Below, piece by piece: positions 7,617-15,500 of a DNA stretch of 20,126 nucleotides. The translations under genes and the position numbers were made by a program. The notes under the pieces were generated by a model. That model had not been told where the DNA came from. It saw only the letters and a list, made by a program, of their open reading frames with translations, and did no database searches. Within the stretch, counting starts at the first letter, position 1. Each line of letters begins with the position of its first letter. Where the stretch lies: assembly GCA_043767805.1 (NCBI GenBank), contig JAYUGC010000194.1, positions 1 to 20,126 of the forward strand. The letters run 5' to 3'. Source of the DNA: Pseudomonadota bacterium (GTDB lineage: Bacteria > Bdellovibrionota > FAC87 > UBA2466).

Positions 7617-7823
7617 ATGAATCAGCCCGAGACCGCCCCCGAGTTCGACGACGAAACCGAGATCATCGAGCCGTCCGCGCTCGGAAAGCTTTTCACGCAG
7701 CTGGGCGGCGCCCTTGGTTTGAACGATGAAGAAGAGATCGACCTCGACGACGATGCCTTCGAAGACGACGAAGACGACTCAGACGCCGAGGCCGACCTGG
7801 AATTCGACGAAGAAGCGTTCTAG
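7617..7823 (+). CDS. Highly acidic small protein (68 aa)
   Basis: GAGGAG RBS. 28 of 68 residues are D/E with a single Lys. Its stop overlaps the convergent ppiC stop. Confidence 0.75.
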   Translation: MNQPETAPEFDDETEIIEPSALGKLFTQLGGALGLNDEEEIDLDDDAFEDDEDDSDAEADLEFDEEAF

Positions 7824-8095
7824 TCCGGAAGGCGCTTGATGAGGTGGTAACCGAACTGGGTCTTCACCGGCCCGGAGATTTCGCCCACTTTAAGCGCGAA
7901 CGCGGCCGTCTCAAAGGGCGCGACCATCTGGCCCTTGCCGAAGCTGCCGAGGGATCCGCCATCGCGGCCCGAAGGGCATTTGGAAAATTCCTTCGCGAGC
8001 GACTCGAAAGACTTTCCTTCCTCTAATTTCTTGAGCAAATCCTGCGTTTCGTGCTCGTTCTGGACGAGGATGTGGCTGGCGGTGATTTGGGCCAT
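7820..8095 (-). CDS. ppiC: Parvulin-type peptidyl-prolyl cis-trans isomerase
   Basis: ASHILV, FESLAKEFSKCPSGRDGGSLG, GQMVAPFETAAF and GPVKTQFGYHLI. Confidence 0.96.
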   Translation of the reverse strand: MAQITASHILVQNEHETQDLLKKLEEGKSFESLAKEFSKCPSGRDGGSLGSFGKGQMVAPFETAAFALKVGEISGPVKTQFGYHLIKRLPD

Positions 8096-8160
8096 GGCTA
8101 TTGTCTCCGGAAAAGAGTTAATGCGATTTGAGGAGGGATACCACTTCTCCTTGGCGCGGT

Positions 8161-9000
8161 CTACTTGAACGCCGGAAGCGACGGACTGAGCTTCTTAAAG
8201 AAGACCGTCCCGTTGTAGCCCTTCTCGAGAGGTTCGGGCAGAAAGTAGCCGTCTAGGCTTACCGCCGTAAGGTAGACGCTAACTGGCGGATGGATCTCGT
8301 GGACTTTGCAGTCGGCTTCCAAAGCGCTCATGCAGGTCCAAATCGAGCCGCCTCCAGAACGGACTCGGACGGCGCCGATATCTTTCGCTTTCACTGGGGT
8401 TCCCGGCAGCGAGTGCAAAAAATAGCTCATGGGTAGGTAAGCCGGATCGGAACCGATTCCGATTTCGATGCCTCCGTGGACGTTTCCAGTGAGCACTACG
8501 AAATGCTTGGGCCGGTAGCGAGCGTAAGCGTGAATGAGATTGAGAGCCATGAGCTTGTCACGCTCCTGACCGTTCTTTCCATTTTGGGAATCGAAGCAGA
8601 CGACGCGAATGTAATTGGGAAGAGTCTCGAGAAGCTTCACCATGGCCTCGCTCGAGCGGCCGTCCTGGTAGCCACGTACGAAAAACGAGGAGGTCTTCAG
8701 GAGCGGCCGGAACTTGGTGCGGCGAAAGCGATCGACCAAAGCTTGTTCCTTTTGCGGGATTTCGACCCCGAGGACGACTCTGCGTTTCTTTCCCAGCGCT
8801 TTAGCGAGATTCAGCGCGAAGGCCGGCGCTTCTTGCGTGCCATGCACTTCTCCGACTGTGATCCAGCGATACGCGGAGAGCGCTTTGGCGATGCGGCTCA
8901 TTTGGGGAAGGGAGATGGCCTGTTTCTTCACGTAGTCGGGCGTCGGTTCCGCCCAAGCGAGAGGGCCTAGGAGAAGAAGAGACAGCCAAAGTCGTTTCAT
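8161..9000 (-). CDS. Secreted ChaN/EreA-like (erythromycin esterase/TIKI superfamily) protein
   Basis: Start reassigned to the ATG at 9000 (signal peptide MKRLWLSLLLLGPLAWA). Motifs 'VGEVHGT', 'LGVEIP', 'DGRSS', 'RDKLMA' and 'LTGNVH'. Confidence 0.7.
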   Translation of the reverse strand: MKRLWLSLLLLGPLAWAEPTPDYVKKQAISLPQMSRIAKALSAYRWITVGEVHGTQEAPAFALNLAKALGKKRRVVLGVEIPQKEQALVDRFRRTKFRPLLKTSSFFVRGYQDGRSSEAMVKLLETLPNYIRVVCFDSQNGKNGQERDKLMALNLIHAYARYRPKHFVVLTGNVHGGIEIGIGSDPAYLPMSYFLHSLPGTPVKAKDIGAVRVRSGGGSIWTCMSALEADCKVHEIHPPVSVYLTAVSLDGYFLPEPLEKGYNGTVFFKKLSPSLPAFK

Positions 9001-9081
9001 TCCCTGAAAAATAGTCGCTGAAGGGCGGGTGTGCAAGAAGTCCGGGGGCTTGACGGGTAGGGGACCCTGGGATCTAAGCCC

Positions 9082-9099
9082 TTTGCCCTTTCGGGCAAA
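9082..9099. other. Hairpin in the divergent intergenic region
   Basis: TTTGCCC-TTTC-GGGCAAA, a 7-bp stem with a GAAA loop on the minus strand. Function unknown. Confidence 0.45.
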
Positions 9100-9165
9100 A
9101 GCTTTCAGACGCTCCTCTCACCGTGGTACTTAGAGCGTGGGTTCATTCAGGGGGAGAGGTTCACA

Positions 9166-10320
9166 ATGGGTCGGTTCAAGGTCGGTTTCCTGGTACTCGT
9201 CTGTCTTCAGGCTTTGGCCTGGGGCGCGCAAAGCATCGAGGTCGTGCAAAGCGTGCCGGCCGAGACTTCCCTTGCGGTGCCCGGTATCCGCCAGGCTCAA
9301 GCCGTCTGGCTCGAGATGATTCAAAAAGCCAAGTCCACTCTCGATTTGGAACAGTTCTACATTTCCGACGAAAAGGGCCAGGCCCTGGTTCCGGTGCTCA
9401 AGGCTATCCAGGACGCCGATGCCCGAGGCGTTAAAGTACGGCTTCTCGTGGACGCGCAGTTTTTCAAGACCTATCCCGAATCCGTCAAGGATTTGAACGA
9501 AGGCGATAACAGCGAAGCCCGCACCATCAGCTTTGCGCGCTACGGCGGCGTTCAGCACGCGAAGTACTTCATCGTGGACGGCAGAAACACCTTCGTGGGC
9601 AGCCAGAACTTCGACTGGAGAGCGCTCAGCCACATTCACGAGATCGGCCTGCGCATCGATGACGCTTCGATCGCCTCGACTTTCGGATCGATCTTCGAAA
9701 AAGATTGGGCCATGGGAGAGGCGGTCGATCAACGTAAGAAGGTAAAACGTGGACCGGTATATCCGGCTCGCGCCGTGCAGCGCACGCAAAGCTTGTACGT
9801 AGTGGCCGCGCCCGAAGCGGCGAACCCGCCGGGCGTGCCTTACTCGCTCAAGGCGATTCAGGATCTGATGAACGCGGCGAAGCAGTCCATCCGCATTCAG
9901 GTGATGGAGTACTCCACCCGTTCGGCTCGCCAAGGCGGCCAGAATTGGAAAGAGCTGGATTCGGTCATCCGTGCGGCGGCCGCTCGCGGCGTAAAAGTCG
10001 ATCTCCTGGTCGACGTTTCCAATATCAAAAAGGCGAAAAAAGATCTGGAATCTCTCGCCGTGGTGAGTGGTATCAACGTGCGCACCATGACCATTCCTCC
10101 CTATTCGGGCGGAGAAATTCAGTATGCGCGTTTAATTCACAGCAAATACCTCGTCGCTGACGGCGTATATGCGTGGGTCGGCACCGAGAACTGGAGCGAG
10201 GGGTACTTTCTAAATACCCGCGATGTCGGCGTCACCACCGCCGAGCCGACCACGGTGCGGGCGTTGGGTCAGGTCTTCGAGACGCTGTGGCGCAGTCAGT
10301 ACGCAAGGCCGTTTCATTAG
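9166..10320 (+). CDS. Secreted phospholipase D superfamily protein (two HKD motifs; PLD3/PLD4-like)
   Basis: Signal peptide, 'GGVQHAKYFIVDG...GSQNFDWRAL' and 'RLIHSKYLVADG...VGTENWS..YF'. Confidence 0.93.
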   Translation: MGRFKVGFLVLVCLQALAWGAQSIEVVQSVPAETSLAVPGIRQAQAVWLEMIQKAKSTLDLEQFYISDEKGQALVPVLKAIQDADARGVKVRLLVDAQFFKTYPESVKDLNEGDNSEARTISFARYGGVQHAKYFIVDGRNTFVGSQNFDWRALSHIHEIGLRIDDASIASTFGSIFEKDWAMGEAVDQRKKVKRGPVYPARAVQRTQSLYVVAAPEAANPPGVPYSLKAIQDLMNAAKQSIRIQVMEYSTRSARQGGQNWKELDSVIRAAAARGVKVDLLVDVSNIKKAKKDLESLAVVSGINVRTMTIPPYSGGEIQYARLIHSKYLVADGVYAWVGTENWSEGYFLNTRDVGVTTAEPTTVRALGQVFETLWRSQYARPFH

Positions 10321-10323
10321 CGT

Positions 10324-10345
10324 TCGCCCGAAAACATTCGGGCGA
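10324..10345. terminator. Stem-loop after the PLD gene (possible bidirectional terminator)
   Basis: TCGCCCGAA-AACA-TTCGGGCGA, a 9-bp perfect stem 3 nt after the stop, between convergent genes. No clear U-tract. Confidence 0.5.
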
Positions 10346-10348
10346 GTG

Positions 10349-10432
10349 GTCGCGCACTGGGACGCCCCATTCCTCGTCGTGATACGGAATGTGCAGGTCA
10401 TGGGACTCGGACCAGGTACAGCGTTTCGGCAC
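10349..10432 (-). pseudogene. tag: N-terminal remnant of DNA-3-methyladenine glycosylase I
   Basis: GAGGAG RBS and GTG start. MPKRCTWSESHDLHIPYHDEEWGVPVRD matches the Tag signature RCxW...YHDxEWGxP. Similarity ends after about 28 codons. Confidence 0.8.
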
Positions 10433-10445
10433 GGAGCCACTCTCC

Positions 10446-11744
10446 TCAAAGATGGTCGTTAACGATTTCCCGAAGCACCGGCAGGGGAAGGGTGCCTCGC
10501 TTCAAGACCATGGTGTGATAACTGCGGGGATCTCCCGCGGCCTTTTTGTACAGAGCGCGAAGCTTCAAAAACTCGCTTTCGCCGACTTTGTAAGCCAACA
10601 CTTGAGCGGGCCAGCGCCGGACGCGATCGACTTCCCGTTCGGCGATGCCCGCCTGGTTGGGAACGTTCTTGTTCCAAAATTCTAGTGCCTTGTCCCGGGA
10701 CCACCCTTGGTAATTCACGCCCACATCGAGAACGACTCTCGCCGAGCGCACGAGATCCCATTCCCATTTGCCATAGGCGCGGTAAGGGTCTTGGTACGCA
10801 CCGAGATCCCAGCCGAGATCTTCGGCGTACGCGCCCCAGCCCTCCGTGAAGCCCGGGAACCAGAATAGTCCCGTGACCCCGCGAGGCTTCGGGGCAACGC
10901 TCCCCTGATAGTGATGCCCAGGGATCGCTTCGTGAATGAAAAGCCAGCCGAGCGATCTATCGGCGAAGCGATTGCCGAAGAAGCTGTAATAGAAAATTCC
11001 TTCGTCGTAGTAGCCGGGCGGGCTGTCTTTGGTGGGCTTCGGGTCCGGCTCGATGCCGACCTCGGGAATCGTCATCGGATCAAAAAGCTTCGGCAGGTTC
11101 GATTGAATCGTCGCTCGGAGGGAAATGAACTCCTGCTTTAGCTTCGCGGGATCCGTAATCCAAAACGACGCGTCGTTCAGCAGCTTGTGAAAGGCGTCGG
11201 TGTTGAGCCCGAAGCCTTGCTTATCTTGAATGGCAAACATTTTCGCGCGCACGCGGGCGATTTCCTTCGTGCCGAAACGGACCAGCTGCGCGGGCGTCTT
11301 ATCGCTCGAGGTCCATTTGCGGACGTAGTACTCGTACCATCGTTTGCCGTTGGGTAGACCGAAGAGGCCGTCTTTAGGAAGCGCCGCGAGCTTTTGATGG
11401 CGGAATTGTTTTTCGAGATTCAAGCGATCGAACTCGAGCCCCATCTGGAAGCTCAGGGTGTCGTACTGATAGCGCATCTCGTCGCCGAGGAGCGAGCGAT
11501 CGATCAGAAGCAGCTTCGCGTACCAGGCGTGAAAGAAGGCGCGCTGGCGCGCGATCTCGGCGAGAGAAGGAATCTTATTTAGATTCTCTTCGTAGCCGAG
11601 AGCGAGCTGGGGGATCTTTAGGGCCTTGTGGCCCATGGCGAATAACCGAGCCAGGTTGCTCAACTTCTGATCGGTGCTATTGGCGTGTGCTGGGACGGCG
11701 AGGAAAAGTAGCGCCGCGGTAAAGAAACCAAAAAGCTGGCTCAT
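10446..11744 (-). CDS. DUF885 family secreted protein (putative metallopeptidase)
   Basis: Start reassigned to the ATG at 11744 (signal peptide MSQLFGFFTAALLFLAVPAHA). Motifs 'HEAIPGHHYQ', 'FTEGWGAYAE', 'RSARVVLDVG' and 'PAQVLAYKVG'. Confidence 0.92.
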   Translation of the reverse strand: MSQLFGFFTAALLFLAVPAHANSTDQKLSNLARLFAMGHKALKIPQLALGYEENLNKIPSLAEIARQRAFFHAWYAKLLLIDRSLLGDEMRYQYDTLSFQMGLEFDRLNLEKQFRHQKLAALPKDGLFGLPNGKRWYEYYVRKWTSSDKTPAQLVRFGTKEIARVRAKMFAIQDKQGFGLNTDAFHKLLNDASFWITDPAKLKQEFISLRATIQSNLPKLFDPMTIPEVGIEPDPKPTKDSPPGYYDEGIFYYSFFGNRFADRSLGWLFIHEAIPGHHYQGSVAPKPRGVTGLFWFPGFTEGWGAYAEDLGWDLGAYQDPYRAYGKWEWDLVRSARVVLDVGVNYQGWSRDKALEFWNKNVPNQAGIAEREVDRVRRWPAQVLAYKVGESEFLKLRALYKKAAGDPRSYHTMVLKRGTLPLPVLREIVNDHL

Positions 11745-11878
11745 GGGTAACCCCCTATGGTCGGCAAGAATATCCCCGAGCGCCTGGCTTCGGCAATCGC
11801 GGCGGGGCGGTTTTCTTTTGATTTCGGTCCCGAGCCACCCCGCGCTACAATAGCTCCACACAACCAGGAGATTTCCGT

Positions 11879-12412
11879 ATGTGGAAAAAGTTTCTGCTCG
11901 CCATTCCCGCGCTTTTGGCGCTCGTCGTGGTGATTGCGGCGTTTCAGCCCGATCAGTACCAAGTGAGCCGTACCTCGACCATCGCGGCGCCGGTGAACGA
12001 GGTGTTCGAGCAAGTAAACGATATGCACAAGATGGACGCCTGGTCCCCTTGGCTGGCTCCCGATCCTCACGCCAAGAAGACCTTCGAGGGCCCGGCCTCG
12101 GGGCAAGGTGCGATCTTCTCCTGGGCTGGAAACTCGGAAGTGGGGGAAGGACGGATGACCAATATCGATAGCCGCCCTCCGGACTTCATTCGTTTCAAGA
12201 TGGAATTTTTAAAGCCCATGGTGGGTTTCGGCGAGACCGTTTTTACCTTCCGCGCGGACGGCGGGCAAACTGTCATCACTCAGACCATGACGGGCAAGAA
12301 GAACTTCCTCAGTAAGCTGATGTGTATGTTCATGAGCATGGATAAAATGATCGGCACCCAGTTCGAAAAAGGGTTCGCCAACATGAATGCTCTGCTCACC
12401 GCGAAGAAGTGA
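11879..12412 (+). CDS. SRPBCC (polyketide cyclase/START-like) family protein with N-terminal anchor
   Basis: 'VSRTSTIAAP..VF', 'WSPW', 'GAIFSWAGNSEVGEGRM' and 'MDKMIGTQFEKG'. AGGAG RBS. Confidence 0.92.
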   Translation: MWKKFLLAIPALLALVVVIAAFQPDQYQVSRTSTIAAPVNEVFEQVNDMHKMDAWSPWLAPDPHAKKTFEGPASGQGAIFSWAGNSEVGEGRMTNIDSRPPDFIRFKMEFLKPMVGFGETVFTFRADGGQTVITQTMTGKKNFLSKLMCMFMSMDKMIGTQFEKGFANMNALLTAKK

Positions 12413-12437
12413 TTATGGACAGCTTCCCGAGCCGAAT

Positions 12438-12527
12438 AATGAGATGGTTGCCGCCCGCGGCGAAGACTCCTTTGGCCATGCCCGAGAGTTGGCCGCAAGA
12501 GCATTTCAGGATGAGGTCGTACTTCAC
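12438..12527 (-). pseudogene. Possible N-terminal remnant of a DUF6151/GFA-like Zn protein
   Basis: GTG start, (M)KYDLILKCSCGQLSGMAKGVFAAGGNHLI. This resembles from memory the 'DL.L.C.CG.V.G........GN.V.CYC' start of that family but lacks the CYC onward. Confidence 0.4.
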
Positions 12528-12596
12528 GGTTTGGTATGGATCAGGTGAGTGATCCCTCCGATGGCGATTTGAATAGGATTTAAGACTTGGCACCTA

Positions 12597-15500
12597 ATGC
12601 AAGGTGTCGACTCAGCCCAAAGGAACCAGCAAATCAAGCGAACACTTCTCTTTCATGTTGTGCTTTTCCTTGCGGCCACCGGCCTCGCAGGTTGTTTTGA
12701 GTTCAGAGGCACGTCCACCGTCGACGACGGTTACAAGCCCGGGCTCAATCCCGCCCTTCAGACTCCCCATGTTTCCCGGGTGACGTCGCCCGCGACCGAC
12801 GGGTTGTTCGGGCCGGGAGAGGACATCGAGATCGAGGTGGTCTTCGACCGCGCGGTCATCGTGACCGGAGTTCCCCAGCTGACCCTCGAGACGGGGACGA
12901 CGGACGCGGTCGTCGATTACCGCGAGGGCAACGGAACCACGATGCTAACGTTTCTTTACACGACGGGAAGCGGGCAATCGGCCTCCCGCCTCGATTACGT
13001 TTCCCCTTCCGCGCTAGCCCTAAATGGCGGCGCCATTCGCGGCGCTGGCGACTTTGACGCCGATCTCACGCTCCCCGTGCCCGGAGCGAGCGGCTCGCTT
13101 TCCGAGCAAAGGAATTTAGTCATCGATGGGCTACTCCCCGCCGTTACCTCTGTCACCTCGAGCACGACCAATGGCACTCACGGCGCGGACTTGTCGGTCA
13201 CGGTTCAAGTGGTCTTCAATAAGTTCGTGACCGTTACGGGGGCACCGACGCTGACTCTCGAGACCGGCGCTACCGACGCGGTCGCGACCTATCTCTCGGG
13301 AAGCGGCACGAGCACGCTCTCGTTTCTCTACGCCATCTCGGCCGGCGAAAGTAGCCTCGATCTCGATTATGTCGCGACGACTTCGCTCGCCCTAAACGGC
13401 GGTGCCATCCTCGACGCTTTCAGCAATGTCGCCGATCGCACGCTTCCCGTTCCCGGCGCGGCGGGCTCGCTCGCGGCGAATAAGGCCATCGTCATCGACA
13501 CGACTCAGCCCACGGTAACGAGCGTCAGCTCCACGACGGCAAACGGCACTTACGGCGTGGGGCAAGCGGTCTCAATTCAGATTGCGTTCTCAAGGGCCAT
13601 CACCGTCACGGGCACGCCGCAGCTGACCCTCGAGACGGGAGCGACCGACGCCGTCGTGAATTACGCGTCGGGGTCCGGCACTACTACGCTTACTTTCACT
13701 TACACGGTGGCAAGCGGTGAAACCTCCCTCGATCTGGATTACGTCGCGACGACTTCGCTTACCTTGAATGGCGGGACCCTCAAGGACGCGTTCAATAATG
13801 CGGCCGTTCTTACGCTAGCCGCCCCGGGAGCCGCGGGCTCGCTCGGCGCGATTAAAGCGCTCGTCATCGATACGGCCGCGCCCACGGTGACGGGAGTGAG
13901 CTCGTCTACCGCCAATGGGACTTACGGCACGGGCCAGTCGGTCTCCGTCGAGGTGACTTTCAGTAAGACCGTGGTCGTGACGGGTACGCCTCAGTTGACG
14001 CTCGAGACCGGAACGACAGACGCGGTCGCGAGCTACACTTCCGGAGGTGGCAGTGCGGTTCTCGTTTTTTCCTATACCGTGGGGTCGGGTCAAAGCAGCG
14101 TGGATCTCGATTATGTCGCGACCACTTCACTGGCTTTGAATGGGGGAACGATCAAAGACGGCTTCAATAACTCCGCCGTGCTCACGCTCGCGTCCCCCGG
14201 GGCGGCTGGGTCTCTGGGGGAGACCAAGGCGATCGTCATCGATACGACGGTGCCCACGGTGACGGCAGTCACTTCTTCTCTCGCCAACGGAATCTACGGG
14301 GTCGGTCAAGTCGTTCCGATACAAATTACCTTTAGTAAGGCCGTAACGGTCACGGGAACGCCCCGCCTGACGCTCGAGACGGGAGCGACGGACGCCGTCG
14401 TCAATTACACCTCGGGAAGTGGCACCGCGACCCTCAGTTTTGATTACACGGTCGCGACGGGACAGACCGCCTCCGACTTGGACTACACCAGCACGACGGC
14501 CCTCGTGTTAAATGGAGGGACCGTAAAGGATGTCTTCAACAACCCGGCGACGTTGACTCTGCCCGCGCCGGCGGCAGCCGGCTCTTTCGGCGCGAACAAG
14601 AATCTGGTCATCGACGGCCTCGCGCCGACGGTCACGAGCGTCACTTCGCTGACCGACGACGGACTTTATGGATTGGGTCAGCTCATCACTATCCGCGTCA
14701 CCTTCAGTGAGCCGGTGACCGTAACGGGCACTCCGCAGCTCACTCTCGAGACGGGCGCGACCGACGCCGTCGTCGATTACTCATCGGGAAGCGGCACCAC
14801 GGTTTTGGTATTCGCGTACACGGTAGGCGTAGGGCAGGTTAGCGCCGATCTCGACTACGCTTCCGCCGCCGCGCTCACTCTTAATGGCGGTACCATCGCC
14901 GACGCCACGCCGAACGCGGCGGTGTTGACGCTTCCGGCGCCGGGAGCCGCGGGATCTCTTGGGATGGCCAAGGATCTCGTCGTCGATAGCGTGAACCCGC
15001 TGATTACCTCTATCACTTCCGCTAAGCCAAATGGAACCTATGGCGTAGGGACGGTCATCGGCATCGCCGTAGCCTTCAATCGCGCGGTTTCCGTCACGGG
15101 TACGCCGCAGCTCACTCTCGAGACGGGCGCGAGCGACGCCGTCGTCAACTATACGTCGGGAAGCGGCACCGCCACCCTCTTTTTCAATTACACGGTTGCC
15201 GCGGGACACGCGAGCGCGGATCTTCAGTATCTTTCCGTTTCGGCGCTGGCGCTAAATGGTGGCACGATTAAAGATGTGGGCACGCTGAATGCTCGTCTCA
15301 ATCTCCCCGCGCTGGCCTCTCCCAGTTCTTTGGCGGGAAGTAAGGCGATAGTCATCGATACCTCCGCCCCCCTAGTTTCAACGGTGAATTCCGCTACGGC
15401 AGATGGCATTTACGTCCATGATGACATCATAGCCGTAGAGGTCACCTTCAATCGGGCGGTAACCGTTACGGGGACTCCGCAGCTCACTCTGGAGACGGGA

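Noticed and set aside
9040..9125. c-di-GMP riboswitch suggested by GGGCAAA and a GAAA loop
   Set aside because: It lacks the GGCAAAC...GACGCAAA arrangement and the second stem. A similar partial match near 1365-1390 also fails.
9130..9933. 267-aa minus-strand ORF
   Set aside because: It is an antisense shadow of the PLD gene.
12588..12602. TGGCACCTAATGCA as a sigma54 promoter for the giant gene
   Set aside because: GG-to-GC spacing is 2 nt short of the strict requirement, and it overlaps the proposed ATG.
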